Positions 41,076-51,536 of a stretch of 64,000 bases of DNA are shown here, piece after piece. The notes beneath the pieces were generated by a model. It did no database searches. It saw only the letters and a program-made list of their open reading frames with translations, and was not told the DNA's origin. The DNA comes from Micavibrio sp. (GTDB taxonomy: Bacteria > Pseudomonadota > Alphaproteobacteria > Micavibrionales > Micavibrionaceae), in NCBI GenBank assembly GCA_002687495.1, contig NZAJ01000093.1, forward strand, positions 238 through 64,237, given 5' to 3'. Position 1 is the first letter of the stretch, and every line of letters starts with the position of its first letter. A program made the position numbers and the translations under genes.

Positions 41076-41414
41076 CTATAATTCTGCCCTAGCAACATGG
41101 TTCTGAATTGCCTCTGTATTAATTTCAACCTTCGCCGTTTTCCAATCCTTTGCACTCAGATCATATAATCCAGACAATTTAGAAGAACTGTTTTTCATTA
41201 CCCCTTGATTTTTCAAGGATTCAGCAACTACATCTGTATCAGAGAGCTGCTCAGGGCTCAAATTAACCTTATATGCTGATCTAACACCAACATTAGCACT
41301 GTCATAGTGTATTACCACAGCCATAAAATCATTCGGACTTGCCACATCTTTATATATCTCATATAAACGCTCTACACCCTTAAACGATAAAGAATTTGAT
41401 ATATCAATACTCAT
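41076..41414 (-). CDS. hypothetical protein (ORFan, about 112 aa)
   Basis: ATG at 41414 is preceded by GGAGG with 5-nt spacing. The track ORF extends to a GTG at 41426. No recognisable motifs, and the sequence looks AT-rich. Confidence 0.5.
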   Translation of the reverse strand: MSIDISNSLSFKGVERLYEIYKDVASPNDFMAVVIHYDSANVGVRSAYKVNLSPEQLSDTDVVAESLKNQGVMKNSSSKLSGLYDLSAKDWKTAKVEINTEAIQNHVARAEL

Positions 41415-41481
41415 TTTCACCTCCACAGATATCCTAAATCTAAGGACGTAGTTAACACTAGATTGTTTTTATGTCAATATT

Positions 41482-42402
41482 CTACATCCCTAAAAGCCAG
41501 ATCGCGGCAGGGATATAAAAGAGCGCGAGGAGTGTGCCGATTAAAACTGTCGTAGCGGCTTTTTCAGGGTGCAGGCCTAGCTGCGCTGCAAAGGCGACAA
41601 TATTTGCGGCTTGCGGAACAAGTGCGAGGATCATTAGCATGTGATGCACTTGCTCATCAAAGAGCTGAAGATACGCATTATCAATCGCGATACATCCCAG
41701 CGCAAGTAAAGGCCACATAATGATCTTGCCGACAAAAGAGAAAGCGATAAAGCGTGGACCAAGCTCAAAATGCTTCATTTGCGCCATAGCTGCGCCGATC
41801 AGCATCATACCAATCAATACATACGCCCCTTTGAAGTAAGACCAATATGTGTAAAACACGGTTGGAAGCTCTACATTTAGGACATTTATGATCAGCCCTG
41901 CTGCAATCGCATAGAGAGAGGGAAAGCGGGCAAGTTTTATGAGGGATGTGCGCACATCAAAGTTACCGCGCGCAGCGATATAATAAGCAACTGTTGATTC
42001 AAAGACATTGCCGCCCAAAATCATCAGCATATAAATCCCGATCACCTGCTCTTCGAAGAGTAAGAACACAACCGGCAAACCGAAATAGCCCATATTCCCC
42101 ATTGAGGCACACATTGCGACAAGGTTGGCGCGGCTATCGCCATAGATTTTGCGCCCTGCATTCAAGATCGTCATTGAGACAATCACAGAGAGCAGATAGA
42201 CAACGATAGGCAGGATAATATAGGAGAGCTTAAGCTCTAAATCTGCCATAAAGCCGAAAGCGACAATCGGCAAAATGATATAGATTGATAGGCTGCCTAG
42301 CGTTTTAGGGTCGACTTCAAAAAATTTCGAGGCGAGATAGCCGATCAAAATAATCACATAAAGTGGAATCAAATTATTAAGAAGCAGAAAGAATGTATCC
42401 AT
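41482..42402 (-). CDS. AEC-family (auxin efflux carrier) transporter
   Basis: 306 aa, about 10 TM segments. The N-terminus LLLNNLIPLYVIILIGYLASKF is typical of this family. Confidence 0.8.
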   Translation of the reverse strand: MDTFFLLLNNLIPLYVIILIGYLASKFFEVDPKTLGSLSIYIILPIVAFGFMADLELKLSYIILPIVVYLLSVIVSMTILNAGRKIYGDSRANLVAMCASMGNMGYFGLPVVFLLFEEQVIGIYMLMILGGNVFESTVAYYIAARGNFDVRTSLIKLARFPSLYAIAAGLIINVLNVELPTVFYTYWSYFKGAYVLIGMMLIGAAMAQMKHFELGPRFIAFSFVGKIIMWPLLALGCIAIDNAYLQLFDEQVHHMLMILALVPQAANIVAFAAQLGLHPEKAATTVLIGTLLALFYIPAAIWLLGM

Positions 42403-42417
42403 GATCGCAGGCTCAAA

Positions 42418-43344
42418 TTAAAGTAAAGGTTTGAGGATTTCACGCGCTTGCGCACAATCTTCATTCATTTGCGCAATCAGCTCATCGAGAGAGTTAAATT
42501 TCGCTTCACTGCGCAAGCGTTTAACTGGGCGCACATGTATGACCTGATCATATATGTCACGATCAAAATCAAAAATATAAGTCTCGATTTGCGCTGTTGG
42601 GATCTCAAACATAGGACGAATGCCGATATTGGTTGCTGAAGCGTGCCAAACATCTTCGCCTTCAATACGAGTTAAGGTCGCATATACGCCATAGGCAGGA
42701 TGCACTGTATCGCCTAGCGCGACATTAGCTGTTGGAAAGCCGAGCTCACGTCCGCGCTGATCGCCCTTAACCACGATGCCGCGCATCTCCCAATCCCAGC
42801 CCAGAATTTCATTTGCGCGCTCTATTTTACCATGACGCAAAGATTGGCGAATAAGGCTAGAGGAATAAATCTCACCCTCTTGTGAAGCTATTTTATTCAC
42901 CGCGCTGACTTCAAAGCCTGCCTTTTCAAGCGTTTCAATTGTGCCCTTACGCATTTGACCAAACTGAAAATCATCACCAACAACGATATGCGCGGCACCT
43001 AGCCCCTGCTTTAAAATATTCTCGATAAAAGCATCCGCAGTTTGGCTCGCGAAGTCCCAGTTAAACTCTAAAGAGTAGAGATGATTGACGCCATGAATCG
43101 CTAAGCGCTCAGCTTTTAAGGCGGGCGGCGTTATGCGCGTTGGCGGGTCATCGCTACGAAACAGGCTGCGCGGGTGTGGCTCGAATGTCAAAACCGCCAA
43201 ATCCAGTTCTTTGCTTTTCGCGATCTCGGCGCCCTTTTGCAGCAAGGCTTGATGCCCTTTATGCACGCCATCAAAATTCCCAATCACGACGACAGCGCCG
43301 CGGGCATTTTCAGGTATTTCAGAGAGCGAGGTCAAAATATTCAT
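42418..43344 (-). CDS. ribF: bifunctional riboflavin kinase / FMN adenylyltransferase
   Basis: 308 aa. GNFDGVHKGH, FEPHPR and GFPTAN motifs. Confidence 0.95.
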   Translation of the reverse strand: MNILTSLSEIPENARGAVVVIGNFDGVHKGHQALLQKGAEIAKSKELDLAVLTFEPHPRSLFRSDDPPTRITPPALKAERLAIHGVNHLYSLEFNWDFASQTADAFIENILKQGLGAAHIVVGDDFQFGQMRKGTIETLEKAGFEVSAVNKIASQEGEIYSSSLIRQSLRHGKIERANEILGWDWEMRGIVVKGDQRGRELGFPTANVALGDTVHPAYGVYATLTRIEGEDVWHASATNIGIRPMFEIPTAQIETYIFDFDRDIYDQVIHVRPVKRLRSEAKFNSLDELIAQMNEDCAQAREILKPLL

Positions 43345-43477
43345 AGCTTATTTAGGTAGTCTTTTTCTATTTGTAAAACAAGCCTTTTAGCGAGGTTTTT
43401 CGAAGCTGCGAGTGAAGCTGTGAGTGAAGCTGTATAGAGGCTTGCTTCAAGCAGATGAAATCGCTAGTCTCGCGAGC

Positions 43478-44044
43478 ATGACAAAATACATGGCGTTCGT
43501 TTTAGCTTTTATCGTGCTTGTTGCTGATCAAATCAGCAAGTGGGCGGTTACTCAATTCATGATCAAGCCTGCGATTGATGTGGGGTATCTCGCAAAAACA
43601 GAGCTAAAGCCGAAAGGGTTTTTCGAGTGGCTCATTTCGGCAGATATGTTGCTACCATACACGCATATAGAGATTCTTCCCTTCTTCAATATTGTGATGG
43701 TCTGGAATAAGGGCATCTCGTTTGGCCTATTCAATCAAAGCGGACAGCTTGGTGTGTGGCTGATGCTCGCACTGTCTAGCGCTATCATTATATTCTTTAC
43801 CATATGGATGCTTCGCTGCACGAGCCGCTACATGCTGATTTGCATGGCGTTGATTATTGGCGGCGCTATCGGCAATGTCATAGACCGCGCACGTTTCGGC
43901 GCTGTTGTTGATTTCTTAGATTTTCACGCTTTCGGTTATCACTATCCTGCATTTAACATTTCTGATAGCGCGATTGTTATTGGTGTTTTTCTGTTAATCA
44001 TTCACTCGTTCTTTTTTGAAACACAGCATAAAAATGCTACATAG
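43478..44044 (+). CDS. lspA: lipoprotein signal peptidase II
   Basis: DQ.SKW, WNKGISFG and NVIDR...G.VVDF motifs. I chose the ATG at 43478. The ORF is open from a GTG at 43424, which sits inside a tandem repeat. Confidence 0.9.
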   Translation: MTKYMAFVLAFIVLVADQISKWAVTQFMIKPAIDVGYLAKTELKPKGFFEWLISADMLLPYTHIEILPFFNIVMVWNKGISFGLFNQSGQLGVWLMLALSSAIIIFFTIWMLRCTSRYMLICMALIIGGAIGNVIDRARFGAVVDFLDFHAFGYHYPAFNISDSAIVIGVFLLIIHSFFFETQHKNAT

Positions 44045-44059
44045 GTAATGCGTAAATAG

Positions 44060-44599
44060 ATGGAAATTAAAATGACTAAGCATATTTTTTATACAGCAAG
44101 CCTTTTGGTTATAAGTGGTTTAAGCCTTGGAGCATGTTCTGGCACTAAAGAAACGCTAGGTTTAAACAAAGCTATTCCAGATGAGTTTAAGGTTGTGCGT
44201 CACGCGCCTTTGGAAATGCCACCTAATTATGCATTAAGACCGCCAGAGCCAGGCATGGCGCGCCCACAAGAGCAAGAAATGGCCGAGCATGCTGCGCAAA
44301 CCGTCTTTGGAGGCAGTGCATCAACTACGCCGCCCGCTTATAGTTCTGATGCGGCTGACACGCTTTTACAGCAAGCTGGCGCTCATAATTTAGATCCTGA
44401 GATTCGTCAAAAAATTGATGGTGAGCGCAGAGAGCTCAATGATACGAATAAAACGGTTGCGAAAAAGCTCCTTAATATCGGTAGCGATGATGTAGGAGCA
44501 ACGATTGTTGATGCTGAGAAAGAAGCTGAGCGCATCAAAAACAATCAAGAAACTGGTAAGGATATCACCGAAGGTGAAGTCCCTAGCATTGATGAATAA
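44060..44599 (+). CDS. DUF3035-like lipoprotein
   Basis: 179 aa. Lipobox LSLGAC. Lies directly after lspA, as in many Alphaproteobacteria. The true start may be the ATG at 44072. Confidence 0.7.
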   Translation: MEIKMTKHIFYTASLLVISGLSLGACSGTKETLGLNKAIPDEFKVVRHAPLEMPPNYALRPPEPGMARPQEQEMAEHAAQTVFGGSASTTPPAYSSDAADTLLQQAGAHNLDPEIRQKIDGERRELNDTNKTVAKKLLNIGSDDVGATIVDAEKEAERIKNNQETGKDITEGEVPSIDE

Positions 44600-44675
44600 T
44601 CACGCTATATAGCGAAAAGCTAGCTACTCATATGAGCATTTATGTGCTCATGGCTGTATTTATTTTTGAATCCAT

Positions 44676-46130
44676 ATGTATTCGAGGTCTTTTATGCATA
44701 GATCATTTTATTCTTTAAAGCTTTTAACATTTGGAGCGGTGAGCTGCCTAGCGATGGCGTGTTTATCAAGCAAAGTGATTGCAGAACAGAACCGCCCTGC
44801 CCCGCAGGAAGCAGAGAGTGAAAGCGCTAAAGATAAAGTCTTTAATGCGCAGGAATTTATGCTGGATAATGGCATGCAGGTTGTGGTCATCCCGAACCAT
44901 AGAGCCCCCGTTGTCACACATATGGTTTGGTATAAAACAGGCGCAGCGATGGAGCCTGCAGGTAAATCAGGAATTGCGCATTATCTCGAACACCTCATGT
45001 TCAAAGGCTCTGACGTGATTGGCGCTGAGGCACTGGCGCCGGGTGAGTTTTCTAAGACAATTCGTCGTTTAGGCGGCAATGATAATGCATTTACGTCACA
45101 AGATTACACCGCTTATTTCCAATCAGTACCGGTCAGCGCTTTAGAACAAGTTATGCGCATGGAAGCAGGACGCATGCGCGGGATGAACCCACCTTTAGAA
45201 GATGTAAAGTCAGAGCTGAGCGTGATCTTTGAAGAGCGCCGCATGCGTACAGATAACGATCCGCAAGCGCGTTTTTACGAACAGCTTCGCGCACATAGCT
45301 ATATCAACCATCCTTACGGCACGCCTATTATTGGCTGGATGCATGAGGTTGCAGGACTTAGCTGGGAGGATGCCAAAAGCTATTATCAGAAATGGTATGC
45401 GCCAAATAATGCTATTTTAGTGGTAAGCGGCGATGTAAGCCCTGCAGAAGTTTTGAGTAAAGCCATAGACATATACGGCAAAATCCCAGCGCAAGATTTA
45501 GATGAGCGCCAATATTTAACTAGCCCGCCAGCAGAGAGCCAAGCCCGTCTTATCATGAAAGATAAAGCTGTGCGTGAGAGCGCGCTTTATATCATGTTTA
45601 GAGTGCCGAGCGCTCACCAAGATAAGCATAAAGCGCTGGCTTTGGATGTTTTCAGAGAACTTATGGCAGGTGGGCCTAGTGCACAGCTATATCGCTCTAT
45701 CGTTTCTGATCAAAAATTGGCAAGCTCTGCCGGACTTTCCTATGATAGCACTAGCTGGAGTGATGCAGATATTACGATTTATGCGACACCTCTGCCTGGT
45801 GTTGAGATTGAGGTTTTAGAAAAGGCACTTCTTGATGAGCTGCGCGCCGTTGTCGAAGATGGGGTTGAAGCCGATGATGTTGAAAATGCGATTACCCGCC
45901 TTCAAGAGCAAGCGATATATGCCCGTGACAGCTTGTCTGGCCCCGCAATGATTATTGGCCGCGCCCTTGCGAGTGGCATGAGCTTAAATGATGTCGAATA
46001 TTGGCCGCATGATATTCAAAATGTGACGGCCACTGGCATTCAAAATGTCGTGAAAGAATATCTTGATCCAGATACACCTCATGAACAGCCACCCGTGACA
46101 GGCATTTTAATGCCAGCAGATAAAGAATAG
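44676..46130 (+). CDS. M16-family zinc peptidase (active subunit)
   Basis: 484 aa. Signal peptide and the inverted zinc motif HYLEHLMF (HxxEH). Confidence 0.9.
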   Translation: MYSRSFMHRSFYSLKLLTFGAVSCLAMACLSSKVIAEQNRPAPQEAESESAKDKVFNAQEFMLDNGMQVVVIPNHRAPVVTHMVWYKTGAAMEPAGKSGIAHYLEHLMFKGSDVIGAEALAPGEFSKTIRRLGGNDNAFTSQDYTAYFQSVPVSALEQVMRMEAGRMRGMNPPLEDVKSELSVIFEERRMRTDNDPQARFYEQLRAHSYINHPYGTPIIGWMHEVAGLSWEDAKSYYQKWYAPNNAILVVSGDVSPAEVLSKAIDIYGKIPAQDLDERQYLTSPPAESQARLIMKDKAVRESALYIMFRVPSAHQDKHKALALDVFRELMAGGPSAQLYRSIVSDQKLASSAGLSYDSTSWSDADITIYATPLPGVEIEVLEKALLDELRAVVEDGVEADDVENAITRLQEQAIYARDSLSGPAMIIGRALASGMSLNDVEYWPHDIQNVTATGIQNVVKEYLDPDTPHEQPPVTGILMPADKE

Positions 46131-46142
46131 GAGCTTATCACT

Positions 46143-47507
46143 ATGAGAGTTATTTCAACGTTTTTCCTTATTCTATTATGTGCGTTCAGCTTTCAAGCTC
46201 ATGCTCAAGATGATGGCTCTATTTTGGATATTCAGAGCCTCACGAGTGAGAGCGGTATTGAGATTTGGCTTGTCGAAGATCATAGCGTGCCTGTGATTGC
46301 TTTAAGAGCTGGATTTAAAAATAGTGGTACAGCTTATGATCCGCAAGATAAGCAAGGCTTGGCGCGTTTAGCGTCTAATACAATGGATGAAGGTGCAGCG
46401 CATTTAAGTGCGCAGAATTTTCAAAAAGAATTAAGAGATAACTCCATATCGCTGTTTTTTAATGCAGATAGGGATTCTTTTGGCGCCTCGCTCAAGACGC
46501 TGAGTAAAAATAAAGAGCGTGCCTTTGAGCTTTTAGAACTTGCCTTGAGCAAGCCGCGTTTTGAAGCAGAAGCTGTTGAGCGCATGCGTAATGCTAATCA
46601 AAGCCGTATCCGTAATTCGCTAACTGATCCATCATGGATGGCGGCGCGTTTAATGAATGATATTGCCTTTGAAGACCACCCTTATGCAATGAATAGTGGC
46701 GGAACGCTCTCTGGGCTGGATAATATCAATAGCGATGATCTTAAAGCCTTTCATAGCGCGCATATTGGTAAGAATAATCTAGAAATTGCCATTGCCGGAG
46801 ACATAACCGCAGAGGAAGCGATTGAGATTGTCGATGAGACTTTTGGCGGACTTCCTGATGTTGAGCTAAAAACACTCGAAGATTTAAATATCCAAAATAC
46901 TGGGCATGCTTATCTTTATGAGCGCGATATCCCACAAAGTGTTATTCGCATTACTTTTCAAGGCATTAAAAAAGATGCCCCTGATTACTTTGCCGCACAA
47001 GTTATGAATTTTATCCTTGGCTCATCTGGTTTTGGTTCACGCCTAACCGAAGAGATTAGAGAAAAACGCGGTTTAACTTATGGTATTTATTCAAGCCTTT
47101 ATAATTTAGAGCATGTTAGTGCACTTATAATCTCCACATCAACGGCTAATGAAAATGTTGCGGAGATGATTGAGCTCATCAATAAAGAATTAAGCAAAAT
47201 CGCAGAAAAGCCTGTGAGTGAGAAAGAGCTTAAAGATGCGCAATCTTATCTCTTAGGCTCTCTGCCGTTAGAGCTTACCTCAACAGACAAGATCGCGGAT
47301 TTGCTATTAGCGTTAAAACTCGATAACCTACCACTCAATTATCTAGATCAACGTGCGCAAGCCATTGAAGCAATGAATGTGGAGGCTGTGCAAGCCAGCG
47401 CAAAAAAACTGCTGGCAGATGGCGGGATGAATATCGTGATTGTGGGCCAGCCAGGCGCGCTTAATTTAGATATAAATGAAATCGATAGCTTGCCGAATGT
47501 CGAATAA
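46143..47507 (+). CDS. M16-family peptidase (non-catalytic partner; lacks HxxEH)
   Basis: 454 aa. Signal peptide and M16 fold-like regions. Lies 12 bp after the active subunit. Confidence 0.85.
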   Translation: MRVISTFFLILLCAFSFQAHAQDDGSILDIQSLTSESGIEIWLVEDHSVPVIALRAGFKNSGTAYDPQDKQGLARLASNTMDEGAAHLSAQNFQKELRDNSISLFFNADRDSFGASLKTLSKNKERAFELLELALSKPRFEAEAVERMRNANQSRIRNSLTDPSWMAARLMNDIAFEDHPYAMNSGGTLSGLDNINSDDLKAFHSAHIGKNNLEIAIAGDITAEEAIEIVDETFGGLPDVELKTLEDLNIQNTGHAYLYERDIPQSVIRITFQGIKKDAPDYFAAQVMNFILGSSGFGSRLTEEIREKRGLTYGIYSSLYNLEHVSALIISTSTANENVAEMIELINKELSKIAEKPVSEKELKDAQSYLLGSLPLELTSTDKIADLLLALKLDNLPLNYLDQRAQAIEAMNVEAVQASAKKLLADGGMNIVIVGQPGALNLDINEIDSLPNVE

Positions 47508-47556
47508 AGCATAATAATAAAGGCACTTATTTATATGGGGATTAGAACTTAAATAT

Positions 47557-49122
47557 ATGCTTACTGATTTAGCAGCGTGGCACGCTTTAGAAGCTCACAA
47601 AAAAGAGATGGAAGAGACATCCATCAAATCACTTTTCGAAATAGACCCAAAGCGCTTTAAGAGCTTTCACATCCGTACAGATGGTTTGCTTTTTGATTAT
47701 TCAAAGCATCGCGCTAGCCTCAAAACAATTGAGCTCTTATGCAACCTTGCCAAAGAATGCGGGCTTGAAAAACGCCGCCAAGATATGTTGGACGGTAAGG
47801 AAATCAATGAGAGCGAGCAGCGTGCTGTCTTGCATATGGCGCTTCGTGGTTCAACAGACCCAAACCTTGTTGTCGATGGTGAGAATATCGCTGAATTCGT
47901 TGGCGGTGTGCAGGCACAGATTAAGCGCATATCAGAAGAAATTCGCAATAATCCAAAGATCACGGATGTGGTCAATATAGGGATTGGTGGTTCTGATCTG
48001 GGGCCGCGTATGTGCTATAAAGCGCTTATTCCGCTGGGTGAAGGGCCGAATTTGCACTTCATTTCTAATATTGACGGGCGCTCTTTGGAGAAGCGTTTAC
48101 AGCCTCTTAACCCTGAAAATACGCTTTTAATTGTTGCTTCAAAAACTTTCACAACGATGGAGACTTTGGGCAACGCAACGGATGCGCGCGAGTGGCTTTT
48201 GACCAAGCTTAAAGAGGAAGACTTACACGATCATATCGTTGCGGTTACAAATAACGTCGAAAAAGCGATGAGCTTTGGTGTTGATGAACAGCATATCTTG
48301 CCGCTAAGAGACTGGATTGGTGGTCGTTACAGCGTATGGGGCGCTGTAGGCTTGGCCATTGCTGTCGCGTTTGGCTATGAAGTCTTTGAAGAGCTTTTAA
48401 AGGGAGCGCGCCTTGCTGATGAGCATTTTATGAGCGCGCCTTTTGAGAAGAACATCCCTGTATTGATGGCGATGCTAGGGATTTGGTATCGTAATTTTTG
48501 GGATTATCCAGCGCATGCTATCCTGCCCTACTCACATGATTTCAGAGATTTCCCACGCTTTTTGCAGCAGATGGATATGGAATCAAATGGTAAAAGCGTA
48601 GGCTTAAATGGCGAGCGCCTACCTTATGCAACAGGTCCGATTATCTTTGGTGAGGCTGGCACCAATGCACAGCACGCCTTTATGCAGCTGTTACATCAGA
48701 GCGAACAGATCATTCCATCGGATTTCCTTATCTCAGCCAATGCGTATCACGATCTACCAGATCACCACACGCACCTCATCAGTAACGCACTTGCGCAAAG
48801 TAAAGCACTGATGGAAGGACAATCACATGAGGATGATTTACAGCGTAATTTCCCAGGCAACCGCCCAAGCTCTACCTTCATGATGCGTTATCCTGATGCG
48901 CAGCGTTTAGGCATGCTTATAGCTTTTTATGAGCACAAGGTCTTCACGCAAGGCGTGGTTTGGGGCATTAACAGCTTTGATCAATGGGGCGTTGAGCTTG
49001 GCAAAACGATTGCTAAGGACCTTTATGTCACAATGAACCAAGAAGGTCTCAAAGATGGTGGTGACAGCTCGACAAGTGGGCTTATGAATGCCTTTTCAAC
49101 ACATTGCGAACACGCCGCTTAA
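47557..49122 (+). CDS. pgi: glucose-6-phosphate isomerase
   Basis: 521 aa. GIGGSDLGP, ASKTFTT and ESNGK motifs. Confidence 0.95.
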   Translation: MLTDLAAWHALEAHKKEMEETSIKSLFEIDPKRFKSFHIRTDGLLFDYSKHRASLKTIELLCNLAKECGLEKRRQDMLDGKEINESEQRAVLHMALRGSTDPNLVVDGENIAEFVGGVQAQIKRISEEIRNNPKITDVVNIGIGGSDLGPRMCYKALIPLGEGPNLHFISNIDGRSLEKRLQPLNPENTLLIVASKTFTTMETLGNATDAREWLLTKLKEEDLHDHIVAVTNNVEKAMSFGVDEQHILPLRDWIGGRYSVWGAVGLAIAVAFGYEVFEELLKGARLADEHFMSAPFEKNIPVLMAMLGIWYRNFWDYPAHAILPYSHDFRDFPRFLQQMDMESNGKSVGLNGERLPYATGPIIFGEAGTNAQHAFMQLLHQSEQIIPSDFLISANAYHDLPDHHTHLISNALAQSKALMEGQSHEDDLQRNFPGNRPSSTFMMRYPDAQRLGMLIAFYEHKVFTQGVVWGINSFDQWGVELGKTIAKDLYVTMNQEGLKDGGDSSTSGLMNAFSTHCEHAA

Positions 49123-49286
49123 ACGCATCTTGCTAATATTGATTTCCTGTTTTTGGTTAAGTGTGGCATGATATAGATATAAATCCTGCGTAGAATATAA
49201 AGGGTGCGCTTATGCTTTTATAGACTGAGCACGCTTGCTAAGTAACATCGTAGAACAAAGATCATAGCGAAGGATACGCCTTTCAT

Positions 49287-50585
49287 ATGGATAGCATTCC
49301 AGCCCCACAAGATATGCCGCGCCTTAGTCAAGCTGAGCTAGAAAAAGTTATCAGGCTCCATGCCGCCTATCTCAAAGGCATGGTTGGCGGGCAGCGTCTT
49401 AACCTTTCTTATAAAAATCTTTCTTCATTAGATTTTAGTGGCAATGACTTAAGTAATGCGGATTTCACAGGCTGTAGCTTGATGGAATCGCATCTGGTGC
49501 GCTGCAACTTAAAAGGTGCGAGTTTTTATGGCTGTGATTTACGTCATGCCAATATGCGCCATAGTGATTTACAGCGCGCGGATTTACGCGGGGCTTATCT
49601 GGCGGGTGCCAATCTGACCAATGCGAATATGAGCGGGATTGATTTGGGCGAAGGCATTATCATGACGCGCAGTAAAAACGGCACGATGGTTGAGCGCCCT
49701 CGCCTTGCGGGTGAAGGCGGTCGGACTGTGCTAACTGGGGCGAAGCTTGGACATAGCACGCTTGATCATGCGCGGGCGGCAGCGGCTATTTTTACGGATG
49801 CTGATTTATCGGGTGTGAGCTTTTACGGCGCGAATTTAGAAGGCGCGGATTTTGAAGGCGCAAACCTCACAGGCAGTGATCTTAGCGGCGCGAATTTAGA
49901 GCGCGTTAATATGCGCGCTTGTATCCTCACCAAGGCCAAATTATTCGATACAGAGCGCAGAGGCCTTGATCTGACCGATAGCATTACCGATCACGCGATT
50001 GGCGCTACGATTGAAAACCTTGGCCGCCCTCTCGAAGAGTTATTGGAGATGCATACATTATGGATCGCCACATCTGGCAAAAAAGGACACCAGCTTGATT
50101 TAAGTGGCTATGATTTGCGCGATGCGCGTAATTTAAAGAACTATCCCTTGACCGCAGTCATGTGTATTGGCGCGAATTTCTTAGGACAAGATATGCGTCA
50201 TTCCGAGCTTCAAAGCGGGGTGTTTGATCGCTCAGATTTTCGTGATTGCCGCTTTAATTATGCGGATTTACGCGCTAGCAGCTATAAGCATGCGAAATTT
50301 GTAAGAGCCAATTTGGATGGTGCGAAGCTCAACGCCCTAGAAATTCAACGCGGCGGCGGGGAAACATATATGGCTCGCACAGATTTAAGCGGGGCGAATT
50401 TACGCTTTGCCAGCTTAAAAGAAGCGGATTTACGCGACAGCATATTAATGGGCGTTGATCTTCGTGATGCGGATTTACGTGGGGCAGATTTGCGCCGCGC
50501 CGATTTCACTGGCGCGCTTATTGATTACACTAAGTTTGATGGCGCATCGTTAGAAGATGCCATTATTGACCTTAGCGGGGTATAG
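49287..50585 (+). CDS. pentapeptide-repeat protein
   Basis: 432 aa. Two long blocks of A(D/N)LxG-type pentapeptide repeats separated by a non-repeat segment of about 60 aa. Confidence 0.9.
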   Translation: MDSIPAPQDMPRLSQAELEKVIRLHAAYLKGMVGGQRLNLSYKNLSSLDFSGNDLSNADFTGCSLMESHLVRCNLKGASFYGCDLRHANMRHSDLQRADLRGAYLAGANLTNANMSGIDLGEGIIMTRSKNGTMVERPRLAGEGGRTVLTGAKLGHSTLDHARAAAAIFTDADLSGVSFYGANLEGADFEGANLTGSDLSGANLERVNMRACILTKAKLFDTERRGLDLTDSITDHAIGATIENLGRPLEELLEMHTLWIATSGKKGHQLDLSGYDLRDARNLKNYPLTAVMCIGANFLGQDMRHSELQSGVFDRSDFRDCRFNYADLRASSYKHAKFVRANLDGAKLNALEIQRGGGETYMARTDLSGANLRFASLKEADLRDSILMGVDLRDADLRGADLRRADFTGALIDYTKFDGASLEDAIIDLSGV

Positions 50586-50688
50586 AGAGAGCCGTTGCTG
50601 AACTCTAGACGCATCATAGCCACGGTTATAAGCGTCCATTGATAATATGGCATTCATCAATTCCGGTTTTAGTGTCATTTCAATTCTC

Positions 50689-51420
50689 CTATTCTGCTAT
50701 TGGTTTGTTTGGCCAACTAAAATAACTATAAGTCATGTTTAATTTACGAGCCTGATCTGGCAACCACCGATCAACAACGCCCCATGTAGTGGGTTCATCG
50801 GTGATCTCGAGAGTGATGCTTTTCAGCTTCACTCCTTCACCGAACAGCTCTTCAAAGCGATTAGCAACAGTATAGCTACCTATTCTTTCACCATTGTTTT
50901 TACACTCTTCTATCGTATCTTTCGCCCAGGCACAGGTCTCCTTATCATAGACAAGCTCAACGGATTTTGGGTCATTCAGGTCAGTAAAGGTGACCATCTT
51001 TATGAAACGATCCGTACCTAGTGGCGCTTTAGTACCGACAGGTAGCGAGTCATAATATTCATAGCCTGCCGGCGTTTCTGCTCCGGCACCCGATGGCACA
51101 GGAAACGAAGCATAAAACTCTAAGTCAGAGCTATGAGCTATGAGTGCAAATACATTGCCACGCTCGCCTAGGTTAATAACAACAGCTTCTCCAGATACCT
51201 CGCCGTAGTTACTGGCTTCAGGAGGAAATGTTACAGGATTATCATTCCCCATCTGACGAATCGCATAACCGCTCTTTACTCCTTCAGGCGTTTCAATTTC
51301 AACCGTCATCTTATAACGCCATGAACTTGGCATCTGATTAGCTTGCACATATGCAAAAATTCCAACCAATAATAAAATCGGTAACAATATGATTGTGAAC
51401 AAAACTTTCTTCATGCTCAT
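50689..51420 (-). CDS. hypothetical exported or membrane-anchored protein
   Basis: 243 aa. N-terminal hydrophobic helix (VLFTIILLPILLLVGIFAYV). No known motif. Confidence 0.6.
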   Translation of the reverse strand: MSMKKVLFTIILLPILLLVGIFAYVQANQMPSSWRYKMTVEIETPEGVKSGYAIRQMGNDNPVTFPPEASNYGEVSGEAVVINLGERGNVFALIAHSSDLEFYASFPVPSGAGAETPAGYEYYDSLPVGTKAPLGTDRFIKMVTFTDLNDPKSVELVYDKETCAWAKDTIEECKNNGERIGSYTVANRFEELFGEGVKLKSITLEITDEPTTWGVVDRWLPDQARKLNMTYSYFSWPNKPIAE

Positions 51421-51536
51421 CCCCCCTGCGCCCTTTGAGATATTATATTACAGCGCCTATATTTTATCCACCAGTTAAGAAGCTGAAAAATCTATCAAAG
51501 CTGACAGTCTGAGCGCGGCTGTTTATTATACAGGCC

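Noticed and set aside
49287-50585. Calling the pentapeptide-repeat protein a Qnr/MfpA-type quinolone resistance protein.
   Set aside because: It is about twice the length of Qnr/MfpA and has a two-block architecture. Repeats alone do not support a resistance call.
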